NCBI GenBank assembly: GCA_965223265.1
Contig: OZ244999.1
Location: 3,520,001 to 3,584,000, forward strand
DNA from: Planctomycetota bacterium
GTDB lineage: Bacteria > Planctomycetota > UBA8108 > SXIK01
Direction: 5' to 3'
DNA length: 64,000 nucleotides
Part shown: positions 51,891-60,964 of the stretch, piece by piece
Numbering within the stretch: position 1 is the first letter of the stretch
Layout: each line of letters starts with the position of its first letter
The notes under the pieces: generated by a model
The model's database searches: none
Told to the model about the DNA's origin: nothing
Seen by the model: the letters and a program-made list of their open reading frames with translations, nothing else
Translations under genes and position numbers: made by a program

Positions 51891-52147
51891 GTTCCAGTTT
51901 GGCCATTTCGCGCCGGCCTGGCCGGACGAGTTTCGCGGGAATTCAAAGGCCTTTCGACTTTTTCGTACCCTGAGAAACCCTTGTGCATATTCAAAAACTC
52001 CTGTCCGGCCCTTCGGGGAACGCCAGGAGCGCCGATGCCTGCGTCGCTCCTCCGCCACGATCGCGGCGGGATCGCGTTGTCGTCGCTCCTTGGCCTCGAC
52101 GCTCCTGGCGTTCCCAGGCTCGACGCGAAATGGCCAAACTCGAGCTA
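51891..52147. mobile_element. Structured MITE-like element
   Basis: 17 bp perfect IR AGTTTGGCCATTTCGCG (51896-51912/52124-52140) and inner 16 bp IR GGGAACGCCAGGAGCG (52016-52031/52100-52115). Confidence 0.75.
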
Positions 52148-52240
52148 ACAGTCCGTTGAGAAGCCATGCAGCGGACTCCACGGTGCGAGATCTCGGCCGA
52201 GAACGCAGCACCGTGAAGCCGCCGGTTAGCTTGTCATCGC

Positions 52241-53551
52241 CTAGTAGCGGTAGTGGTCCGGCTTGAACGGACCCTCCTGCGGAATGCCGAGGTACTCGGC
52301 CTGCTTCTCGGTCAGGCGAGTCAGCTTGACGCCGAGCTTTTCGAGATGAAGTCGCGCGACCTCTTCGTCGAGCTCCTTTGGCAGCATGTGCACGCCAAGC
52401 GGATAATTCTCCGGCTCCTTCCAGAGGGCGATCTGTGCGAGCACTTGGTTGGTGAAGGAGTTGGACATGACGAACGAGGGATGGCCCGTCGCGCAGCCAA
52501 GATTGACCAGGCGCCCCTCGGCCAAGAGAATGATGCCGTGTCCGTCGGCGAAGACGAACTTGTCGACCTGAGGCTTGATATTGATCGCCTCGATGTCGTT
52601 CTGCGACCGTAGCCACGAGACATCGATCTCAGAGTCGAAGTGACCGATGTTGCAGACGATGGCATCGTTTTTCATCGCTTGCATGTGCTCGCCGCAAATC
52701 ACATCGCAGCAGCCGGTGGCAGTGACGAAGATATCGCCGATCGGCGCAGCTTCTTCCATCGTCACGACCTCGTAGCCTTCCATCGCCGCCTGCAGCGCGA
52801 TGATCGGATCGATTTCGGTGACGAGGACGCGGGCGCCAAGGCCGCGCAGGGCGGTCGCACAGCCCTTACCAACGTCGCCGTACCCGGCCACGATGACGAC
52901 TTTGCCTGCAACCATGATATCCGTCGCCCGCTTGATGCCGTCGGCGAGCGATTCGCGACACCCGTAGAGGTTGTCGAACTTACTCTTGGTGACGGAGTCG
53001 TTGACGTTGATCGCCGGCACCTTGAGCTCGCCCTTCTCGTGCATCTGATAGAGGCGGTGGACGCCCGTCGTCGTCTCTTCCGACAGTCCACGGATACCGT
53101 CGAGGTATTGCGGATACTTCTGATGGACGATCGCGGTCAGGTCACCGCCATCGTCAAGAATCAAGTTGAGCGGCTTGCCGTCGGGGAAGACGATCGTCTG
53201 CTCGATGCACCAGTCGTACTCTTCCTCGGTTTCGCCCTTCCAGGCGTAGACAGGAACGCCGGTTGCCGCGATCGCCGCGGCGGCGTGGTCCTGCGTGCTG
53301 AAGATATTACAACTCGACCAAGTGACCTCGGCGCCAAGTGTGCGCAGCGTCTCGATCAGCACGGCGGTCTGAATCGTCATGTGAAGACAGCCGGCGATGC
53401 GGGCGCCGGCTAGGGGTTTCTCGGCGCCGTACTTTTCGCGCAGTGCCATGAGGCCGGGCATCTCCTGCTCGGCCAAGGTGATTTCCTTGCGGCCCCAGTC
53501 TGCCAGACTCATGTCGGCGACCTTGTACTTCGGACGTGCGATCGTAGTCAC
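52241..53551 (-). CDS. ahcY: Adenosylhomocysteinase
   Basis: [50 protein letters not shown]; GTG start with GAGGAG upstream. Confidence 0.98.
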   Translation of the reverse strand: MTTIARPKYKVADMSLADWGRKEITLAEQEMPGLMALREKYGAEKPLAGARIAGCLHMTIQTAVLIETLRTLGAEVTWSSCNIFSTQDHAAAAIAATGVPVYAWKGETEEEYDWCIEQTIVFPDGKPLNLILDDGGDLTAIVHQKYPQYLDGIRGLSEETTTGVHRLYQMHEKGELKVPAINVNDSVTKSKFDNLYGCRESLADGIKRATDIMVAGKVVIVAGYGDVGKGCATALRGLGARVLVTEIDPIIALQAAMEGYEVVTMEEAAPIGDIFVTATGCCDVICGEHMQAMKNDAIVCNIGHFDSEIDVSWLRSQNDIEAINIKPQVDKFVFADGHGIILLAEGRLVNLGCATGHPSFVMSNSFTNQVLAQIALWKEPENYPLGVHMLPKELDEEVARLHLEKLGVKLTRLTEKQAEYLGIPQEGPFKPDHYRY

Positions 53552-53636
53552 GTTTCCTTGCTCCTCAAAGAGTTTGAGATAGGTTAACTGTTCACGAGTG
53601 AGCGCCCATGACGAGCGCGAAGAACGGCTCGCGCAC

Positions 53637-54575
53637 TCAAACATTGAGTGCGCGGGCATGCGCAATGACGACTGACGGCTGCTGCGCTGTCGTCTCGATT
53701 GTTTTCAGCTCCTCTAATGCAAAGCCGCTGGTGTCGAGCCAACTCTCCAGCTCGGCACCCTCGAAACCCAACCACAGATCGCCGAGTTTTTCGCGATAGT
53801 CCTCAACGCTGTGGCGCGCGAAATCCGCTACGACGAGGGCGCCGCCCGATCGCAGTGCCCGCCTCGCTTCCTTCAGCGCGTCGGGAGGGTTCGCGACGTG
53901 ATGAAGCACCATATGCGCCACCATCATATCGGCCATTTCGTTGGCAAGCGGTAGATGTTCTAAGGTTCCAAGCCGAAGCTCGACGTTGGTTAGCTCGCTC
54001 GCTACGCAGTTGCTTCCTGCGACGCGGAGCATTTCGGGGGAGGCATCGATGCCGATGACTTTTTCGGCCCGCGCACTGAGGTGGGGCAGCAAGACGCCGG
54101 TGCCGGTGCCAAGGTCGACAAGCGTCGTCACGGGATCGATCCGTTCGAGAAGTTGCTCGAGATATCCCGACGGTCCCTGGACGGCGTCGCGGCGGCGATC
54201 CCACTGGTCGGCAACCTTGCGGAAGAACCGGCTCGACTGCTCACGCCGCCGCGCTAGACAAGCCTCCACTGCGTCGCGTTCGCCGTTCAGGTTGGTTTGC
54301 AGCTCGTGACCCAAGACGCGTAGGTATCGCAGCGGTGAATCGCCACGCTGCTGCCACCGCTCCGAAAGGCGGTAGTAGACCCACACACCGTCACGCTTTG
54401 CCTCGAGAAGTCCAGCCTCAACGAGAATCCTCAGGTGACGCGACACCCGCGACTGACCAAGCCCGAGAATGCTCACCAGCTCGTTGACGTTGAAGGCGCC
54501 GGACTGTAAGACCGCGGCGATGCGCAGGCGCGTAGGGTCCGCCAGGGCTTTGAAGCTGACCAGGTAGGGCTCCAT
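53637..54575 (-). CDS. sahR: ArsR-HTH/SAM-methyltransferase fusion regulator (SahR type)
   Basis: [38 protein letters not shown]; directly upstream of ahcY. Confidence 0.85.
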   Translation of the reverse strand: MEPYLVSFKALADPTRLRIAAVLQSGAFNVNELVSILGLGQSRVSRHLRILVEAGLLEAKRDGVWVYYRLSERWQQRGDSPLRYLRVLGHELQTNLNGERDAVEACLARRREQSSRFFRKVADQWDRRRDAVQGPSGYLEQLLERIDPVTTLVDLGTGTGVLLPHLSARAEKVIGIDASPEMLRVAGSNCVASELTNVELRLGTLEHLPLANEMADMMVAHMVLHHVANPPDALKEARRALRSGGALVVADFARHSVEDYREKLGDLWLGFEGAELESWLDTSGFALEELKTIETTAQQPSVVIAHARALNV

Positions 54576-54585
54576 AACGAAATCA

Positions 54586-54609
54586 ATATATCTGGAATTC
54601 TAGATATAT
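54586..54609. promoter_or_regulatory. Putative SahR operator
   Basis: Near-perfect AT-rich palindrome ATATATCTGGAATTCTAGATATAT, 10 bp upstream of the sahR start. Confidence 0.78.
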
Positions 54610-54751
54610 CAAGCTTGTTTGGGTTAGGCCACGCTCGCTGGAAACCCTTTGCAGAAGCCGGTCATCGGCAGGCTCTTCAGCGCTTGCAGGAAAGCCCCGA
54701 AAGTATCAAAGGGTAGGATTCTGGGAGTAGGCCATCGAAAGAGGCTCCGGT

Positions 54752-56005
54752 GTGAAGAGAAATCCTCAACCTTCGTACAGTCTTCATGTCGGCCCTTTTT
54801 TGGTGCGCACTGTCGCCGTGTTCACGCTGGGTCTCTCCGTTGGCTGCAGCTGCGCGCCGCGTCAATCTGTTGGCCTCGTTTTCGACGCCGCCCTGGCGCC
54901 GTCGTCCAGCGACGAGTGGGCGAAACGGGACGCGTTGGTAGCCAAGGCCAAGACCGACCCGGACCTGCATGCGGACCTCGTCGAGTTTGCTGTCGGCCGC
55001 GTTCGAGCCATCAACAATCCCCAAAGTCAGGGGGGCCGTTTGTTTCGACTGCTACGCGACCTTGAGGCTCGAAGCACCTTGCCGCTACTCGAGGAGTACT
55101 GGGCACGGCTTGACAAACGTGTCTACTCGCAGCTGAAATCCGATCCGCGCACACAGCTGCTTGAGACGATGAGCGCTCTTCGAGATGCCCCCAATCGCCT
55201 GCGATTTCTAAGCCAAGTGTTGGACGACAGTCGAGAGGCGCTTCAGGTGCGCTTCCGGGCGCTCATCCTGCTGGCGAGAGACTGCGGCGAGAAAGGAGCG
55301 CAGCGGGTCGTCGATTGGATCGATGACCGTCAGGAGAAATTCGGCCGAACTCGACGTGGCGCTGAGCCCTCGCAATCCCCGTCCATTGCCAGCGACCAAG
55401 ACGGTGACGGCCTGTCCCACGAAAATGAGGTGACCTGGTTTCTCGACTCTCATGTCGGTGACACCGACGGCGACAATCTACTGGACGGGAACGACCGCAA
55501 TCCGCTCACAAAGCCCGCTAGCACCTACACTGAAGACCACCTCATCGCCCAGCGATTGTTTCTGATATATGCGACATTCCTGGCCGACGACGGGAGTAGC
55601 GAGATATGGCCCGGGCACTCAGGCAAGGCGCCGTTCCCTCAGAACAGTGTGCTCATCGTAGAGAACGTGGACAGCTATGACGGTGAAGGCAATCCCAGTT
55701 TGTTGAGTGGACAAGAACTCACCGGAGTCGACTCCGTGGTGTTAGGAATGAGTGAATTTCAACTGCGGGAGTTTCGTCAACGCCAAGGGCACAGTCGGCA
55801 TGCTCCCATCGTTGGCCTCCATCGTTTCTCGGGCGAGCAATACCGACTGACGGGGTTCGGTACGATCGGTTCGGACGCTCGTGCGTATTCCCTAACGCAG
55901 ACCTTTCGCCGCGGCATTGCCAACAGCTGGAGAATAGTGGTTCGGAAGGTCGGCGGTCATTGGGTGCCCGTCCGTTGGACGATCGGTTACTTGGCATGCG
56001 GGTGA
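54752..56005 (+). CDS. Hypothetical lipoprotein with helical repeats and TSP3-like Ca-binding motifs
   Basis: SVGC/CSC lipobox-like; DQDGDGL..E and DTDGDNLLDGNDRNP. Confidence 0.65.
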   Translation: MKRNPQPSYSLHVGPFLVRTVAVFTLGLSVGCSCAPRQSVGLVFDAALAPSSSDEWAKRDALVAKAKTDPDLHADLVEFAVGRVRAINNPQSQGGRLFRLLRDLEARSTLPLLEEYWARLDKRVYSQLKSDPRTQLLETMSALRDAPNRLRFLSQVLDDSREALQVRFRALILLARDCGEKGAQRVVDWIDDRQEKFGRTRRGAEPSQSPSIASDQDGDGLSHENEVTWFLDSHVGDTDGDNLLDGNDRNPLTKPASTYTEDHLIAQRLFLIYATFLADDGSSEIWPGHSGKAPFPQNSVLIVENVDSYDGEGNPSLLSGQELTGVDSVVLGMSEFQLREFRQRQGHSRHAPIVGLHRFSGEQYRLTGFGTIGSDARAYSLTQTFRRGIANSWRIVVRKVGGHWVPVRWTIGYLACG

Positions 56006-56162
56006 CAGTCCAGTCGTCAGTCCAAAAACTGTCGAAGGGGTCAGAGGTAACGACGTGTATCGGTCGGCGTGATTCCCAGCGGAACGTGAAGGAGTCCCTG
56101 CGCCTCCAGACGACGAGTCGAGCTCAGATCTCGCTTCGGAACTCCCGTCGGGCCCCTCCGCG

Positions 56163-56690
56163 TCACGAGTCGGGCGGCTCGGGCGAGACGTCGTGGACGG
56201 TCACCTCGCGCCGGTGAGTCTTCTCAGGGCGTGTCTTCTCCGTAGTTGGAGGAGTCCGTGACGAAGGCTCGGAGCGGTGCGTCTCGTCCTCCGTGCGATA
56301 CCCGGTGACATGGAAGTGTAGTCTCCCGGTGTCGATCGCGCGCCTGGCCCAGGCGGTCACCGCTTTTCGGATGAGCGCTCGCGTCGGCGGTAACAGACAA
56401 AGGAATCCGACGACGTCAGTGATCACCCCTGGCGTCACGAGAAGAGCCCCCGCGACGAGAATCATCACCCCGTCCAAGAGTGCATTCGCCGGCATCTCGC
56501 CGGCTCCGACCTGCTGCTGCAGCCGAGCCAGGACTCCTGTTCCCTGGCGCCGGGCCAGCCAAGCCCCGGCGACGCCGGTAGCGACGATTAAGAGAAGAGT
56601 TCCCGGGGTGCCGATCAACCTACCGAGTTGGATCAGAAGGACGAGCTCGACGGCCGGAAGAACAATGAAGAGCAGAAAAAAATAGTGCAT
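56163..56690 (-). CDS. fxsA: FxsA family membrane protein
   Basis: FIVLPAVELVLLIQLG, ARRQG, LLVTPGVITDVVG. Confidence 0.9.
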   Translation of the reverse strand: MHYFFLLFIVLPAVELVLLIQLGRLIGTPGTLLLIVATGVAGAWLARRQGTGVLARLQQQVGAGEMPANALLDGVMILVAGALLVTPGVITDVVGFLCLLPPTRALIRKAVTAWARRAIDTGRLHFHVTGYRTEDETHRSEPSSRTPPTTEKTRPEKTHRREVTVHDVSPEPPDS

Positions 56691-56990
56691 GACTGCACTG
56701 TTTCTAATCTCTTTCCCGTCCTCGCGCAACCGTTTCGGAATCACACGATCCGTCTACCCTTTGGGCGTACGGGACGAACGCGTCGTCGAGACGAGTCAGA
56801 GCATACCGCGGCAACCGGGCACCGTATCGTCGGGCACAGTTTTTGGATGATAGTACGGTGTAAACAGTCCGCCTGAGAGACCCGTTGGTCAGGCAGCGGT
56901 TGAGGATTCGGAAAAGGCAGGGTCCGCTCATCAACTCTTTCTGCCGCGGTCTGTGGAGGAAAAGAAGCCGGTAGAGGAAGAGAGCGGAAG

Positions 56991-57377
56991 ATGAGAGATT
57001 CCTGGCTCAAAGCTGGAAGCTGGGTCTGCCTGACCCTGAGCGTGCTGGGGATCGGCATGATCGCCTTCAAAGCCTCCCGGTCGGTGCCAGACAGTGCCGA
57101 TCACACTTCGGCGCACGCTGCGGACACGAGATCCGCGCCTTATCAGCCGAACGTAGCCGCACCAAAGGACGACTCCGCGACGATCCGACGAGACATAGAG
57201 ACGAGTCTCGTGGATGAGTGGCGACGCTCCGGCTACGCAGCGAGCACGCGGTCGCGGCACCGCAGCATCGCCGTTGTGCGTGACGATGAGAAAGACTGCA
57301 ATCGTGAATTCGACGCAGCAAGCCAACGTCGCGTCGCTGAAACCGAAAGACTCCTCGGAGTGTCGAAAGAAAAATGA
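56991..57377 (+). CDS. Small single-TM hypothetical protein leading the pilin-like operon
   Basis: N-terminal hydrophobic helix; ATGA overlap with 57374. Confidence 0.5.
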   Translation: MRDSWLKAGSWVCLTLSVLGIGMIAFKASRSVPDSADHTSAHAADTRSAPYQPNVAAPKDDSATIRRDIETSLVDEWRRSGYAASTRSRHRSIAVVRDDEKDCNREFDAASQRRVAETERLLGVSKEK

Positions 57378-57910
57378 ACAACACCTTCTCGAGTTCACTG
57401 TCCCACCCGCGCCCACGAAACGACGGAACGACGCTCCTGGAGCTCGCCGCAGCGCTCGCGGTTTTCACCACGCTCGTCCTGGTCGCAGTGCAAAGCCTCC
57501 TTCACAGTCGGCGTCTGTCCTTCGAGTCCGAACTCTACAGAATCGCTCGTCAGGCTGCTCACAATGAGCTCGAGCGTCTCAAAAGTCTCCCGTTTCCTGA
57601 GCTGGCGCGAGCGGCCAACGGTCACGAGTTTTCTGTTAACGATCTGCCGGCGCGCAGCGGCGAAGCAGCAGCGATTGGAACGGTTCGCGTCTTTTTGGAC
57701 GAGGACGATAGCGACAGTCCAGCGTTCAGTGGCGCCGGTTTCGATCTCGACGGCAGCGGCACACGAGACGACACGCTGACGGTGGACAGCCGATATCGAG
57801 TTCTCCCGGTGAGGATCGATGTTCTTTGGGAGAGCTCCGGCGTGGTGAACCGATACCGACTTGATGCGGTCGTGAGCTCACGAAACGATTTCATGAGAAT
57901 GGAAGGATGA
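57374..57910 (+). CDS. Prepilin-type minor pilin (PilV/GspI-like)
   Basis: G|TTLLELAAALAVF class III signal; DLDGSG motif. Confidence 0.85.
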   Translation: MNNTFSSSLSHPRPRNDGTTLLELAAALAVFTTLVLVAVQSLLHSRRLSFESELYRIARQAAHNELERLKSLPFPELARAANGHEFSVNDLPARSGEAAAIGTVRVFLDEDDSDSPAFSGAGFDLDGSGTRDDTLTVDSRYRVLPVRIDVLWESSGVVNRYRLDAVVSSRNDFMRMEG

Positions 57911-58599
57911 CGAGGAAAATCATGTCCATGCGACGACTGGTCCCAGGCGTCACGCTCCGGCAAGGCGGCTTCACACTCGTTGAGCTCGTCATTGTGCTTT
58001 TTCTGACGTCCGTGCTCGTGTCGATGATCGGTGTGATCCTGGTCACGGCGAACTGTCTCGGAGTCGACGTTCAAGTGACGACGACCGGCACCGCCCTCAG
58101 CAACCGCGTCGCGGACACACTCGCCCGCCAGCTGAGCTCTGGTGTGGACATCATCAACTCAAACGACACCTCGGTCGTCTTTCAGGAGCCAGTCGACGCC
58201 GATGGCGACGGCGACGTCTTCGACGCGGGTGGCAACATTCAGTGGGGCGCCGAGGGCATTCTCGGCTGGACCTACGAGTATGTCTGGATCGAACGCCGGT
58301 CCGTCGATGAACACAGCGTCGGATTGGATCTCAACTCCGACGGCGACTCGACAGACGAGTTTCCTGCCGGAGAAATCGTGCTACGCGTCCTCGACGCAGG
58401 TGGAGTCGAGCAGGAGCGACGCACCGTCTCTGGCGGCGCCGACGTTCTTCAGAGCAAGACCGACGACATAGAACCGATCTTCGCGATGCCGACTCCGACG
58501 CTTTTGGAAGTCACGCTGACAACACCCGTCTCACGCTTCTCCAGCGGGCGGACGACCTCGCAAAGTTTCTCGAGTCGTCGCTTCATCAGCCTTCAATGA
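57907..58599 (+). CDS. Prepilin-type minor pilin (PilW/GspJ-like)
   Basis: G|FTLVELVIVL; DADGDG and DLNSDGD motifs. Confidence 0.88.
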   Translation: MTRKIMSMRRLVPGVTLRQGGFTLVELVIVLFLTSVLVSMIGVILVTANCLGVDVQVTTTGTALSNRVADTLARQLSSGVDIINSNDTSVVFQEPVDADGDGDVFDAGGNIQWGAEGILGWTYEYVWIERRSVDEHSVGLDLNSDGDSTDEFPAGEIVLRVLDAGGVEQERRTVSGGADVLQSKTDDIEPIFAMPTPTLLEVTLTTPVSRFSSGRTTSQSFSSRRFISLQ

Positions 58600-58627
58600 G
58601 AGTTCAGCAATTGATAACGAGGGAGAT

Positions 58628-60928
58628 ATGTCGACTGTGAAGGTAAATTTCAGTGACCGCAGCGATCGACGCGCTGGCGCCGGCCTCGTGGTCGTTCTCA
58701 TCATCGGAGTTGTGATCGCCGGCATCGTCGGCATCACCACGTTTCTTGCCACCAATGGTAGTGTCGCCAACGCTGAGTGGGACCGTATCGTCAGCGAAAC
58801 AGTGGAGTGCGAGTCTGTCGCCGAACTCATGCGTGCCGAAGTCGTCGCCGACTTCGAAGCGTCGAAGCTGCCGACGGGCATCTGGCTGGAGGAAGTGAGA
58901 TCCGGCCAGCGCTTTGGTTCAGACGATGTGCGGAGTTTCCCCGCTTTTCCTGACGTGCAGGCGTGGGTTGACGAGGTCTCGCCCGTCGGTGAAGGCTCGC
59001 TTTGGGTGGAAGTCGTCGGTGCGACGGTGCTCGGCACGACGCGTGGGGGACAGAGCGTCCGTAAGCGACTCCACTTCGGCGTCGCCGGCGTCATGGAGTT
59101 CGCAATCCTGACCAAGACCGTCAACTGTATGTTTTGCCATGTCAACGTCACAGGGGATGTCGGCTCGCTCGGTCGCTTTCGACCCGGCTGGTCCGCCAAC
59201 AACTCCGGCGTCGGCAAAATCTTTGGCGACCTCTACGTGGCTGCCGACGCGGTCGAAGGCACCGGAAGCTATCGCGACACACTCAACGGCGTCGAATTCG
59301 ATGGCGACCTCCACGAGTACTACGTAGGCCCAAAGCTACCCGAAGACACGAACGAAGACGGCGAGCCTGATTTCCCCGCGATCGATCCTGCCGTGGCACG
59401 CGAGCGAGCTGGCGGCGGTGTTTGGAGTGGTGGCAGCACCAATCAAGCTGGGGATGGTTCTGGCGTCTGGGTGACACCACTTCTTGGCTCCTGGGACCCC
59501 GACGGTCCCGCGCTCAGCACGCCTCCCGCCGGTGCCACCGGCTCGACGTGGAGGCCAGCAAACAGCGACGCCCTCGGATCGGTCGTCGAAGGCAACCTGA
59601 CCATCGTCGGCACCAAAGATCACCCCATCCAACTGAACGGCGATGTTTACGTCACTGGCGATGTGGTGCTGAAGGGTTACGTCTCGGGTCAAGGCGCGGT
59701 CTACTCGGGTCGTAACATCTACTTGGCCGGCGATGTCGTCTACAGCGACGGACCCGATGCCATGGCGAACGACCAAGACGCCATCACCGCCATCAAGTCG
59801 AGGAAGGACGAACTGCGGCTCGCCGCCCGATCGAACATCGTTCTTGGCGACTGGACGTACATGAACGCGGACGGCACTCTTCAAGGCATGCGCGACCGTC
59901 AGGCGCAGTCTTTCATAAGCAGCGCACATGATCTGGATGAGGTGCGTTACTATAAGGCGAGTGACGAGCAGGAATCGTCGATCGAGCTGACGAAGGTGAA
60001 TGAGAAGTTCTTCGACGATCTCGGTAACGAGGTCGCCAGCAGCGATGTGATCAGCGTCGACAGTACGAACTCGATGGGCCCCAGCTCCGGCACGCGCGTC
60101 TATCCCGAGCGCTACGATTCAGTGATCGCTCCGGGGCAGGTGCAAGCCGATGGCTCGTTCAACCAGTGGCTGAGCCAAGAGCAGTTTCGCGACATTCTGG
60201 GAACGAAGAACTACGACGACATGATGTGGCGCGCGAGCCTCCCCAACGATTCGACAATCGTCGACAAGGAACTCGGCGCCGGTTGGAGCAGCAAGCTCAG
60301 TGGAGCGGGCAGAGATGCGGTGTACGATCACGACTTCTACGGTGAACCGGGCCTGGGTCAGTACGTCTCGAAGTCAGGATCGCTGACGCAGGTCATCGAG
60401 ACCGGATCGAAGCCGTGGCCGACCGCGGTCGAACGCGTCGACGCGTTTCTCTATAGCAACCGTCGCATCTCCGGACTGACGCCAATGGTCGCAGGGCTCA
60501 CGGTTAACGGCGGCCTTGTCGCTCGTGAGATTCAGCTCCTGGCGCCGGGACTCGGGAATCACATGAACTGGTTCAAGAAGCCGACGCGCGGCGATGTCGC
60601 AGACTTTCCAGCGATGGCCTGGCAGCAATCGGGCACGACGAGCCAGCACGGCGACGCGCAGGACGCGTTTTACGTCAACTACGACTATCGGCTTCGTAAC
60701 GGCGGCATGGGGTTCAACCTCATTCCCACGAACACGGGCGATGCCATCCTGGCCGTGCGCGGCGGGAAGGAAGTACCGCCCGAGAAGTCAGAAGGGTCGC
60801 CGACCGAAGAACCGGTCGACGGCAGTCGCAGCGACAACTCTGGACCAGGTAGCGACAGCTCTGGGTCTGATAGTGGCAGCGACAACTCCGGCCCCGGAAA
60901 CGCAGAGGAAACCACAACGACGCTATAG
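58628..60928 (+). CDS. Large PilX/GspK-like protein with beta-solenoid region
   Basis: G|AGLVVVLII without Glu5, CMFCH, GDVYVTGDVVLKG..GRNIYLAGDV repeats, acidic SDNSGPG tail. Confidence 0.78.
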   Translation: MSTVKVNFSDRSDRRAGAGLVVVLIIGVVIAGIVGITTFLATNGSVANAEWDRIVSETVECESVAELMRAEVVADFEASKLPTGIWLEEVRSGQRFGSDDVRSFPAFPDVQAWVDEVSPVGEGSLWVEVVGATVLGTTRGGQSVRKRLHFGVAGVMEFAILTKTVNCMFCHVNVTGDVGSLGRFRPGWSANNSGVGKIFGDLYVAADAVEGTGSYRDTLNGVEFDGDLHEYYVGPKLPEDTNEDGEPDFPAIDPAVARERAGGGVWSGGSTNQAGDGSGVWVTPLLGSWDPDGPALSTPPAGATGSTWRPANSDALGSVVEGNLTIVGTKDHPIQLNGDVYVTGDVVLKGYVSGQGAVYSGRNIYLAGDVVYSDGPDAMANDQDAITAIKSRKDELRLAARSNIVLGDWTYMNADGTLQGMRDRQAQSFISSAHDLDEVRYYKASDEQESSIELTKVNEKFFDDLGNEVASSDVISVDSTNSMGPSSGTRVYPERYDSVIAPGQVQADGSFNQWLSQEQFRDILGTKNYDDMMWRASLPNDSTIVDKELGAGWSSKLSGAGRDAVYDHDFYGEPGLGQYVSKSGSLTQVIETGSKPWPTAVERVDAFLYSNRRISGLTPMVAGLTVNGGLVAREIQLLAPGLGNHMNWFKKPTRGDVADFPAMAWQQSGTTSQHGDAQDAFYVNYDYRLRNGGMGFNLIPTNTGDAILAVRGGKEVPPEKSEGSPTEEPVDGSRSDNSGPGSDSSGSDSGSDNSGPGNAEETTTTL

Positions 60929-60964
60929 CGTGTACGTGCGCAGTCGAGACGGTTCAGATTGAGA

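Noticed and set aside
53552-53636. SAH riboswitch upstream of ahcY
   Set aside because: A GC-rich stem is present, but the conserved GAGGAGCG..UGC..AGGCUC core is not arranged correctly; the SahR operator explains regulation.
56795-56870. SAM-I-like GGCAACC..GGTG motif
   Set aside because: No AUC/GAU P1 elements or kink-turn/pseudoknot, and the downstream genes are unrelated to methionine.
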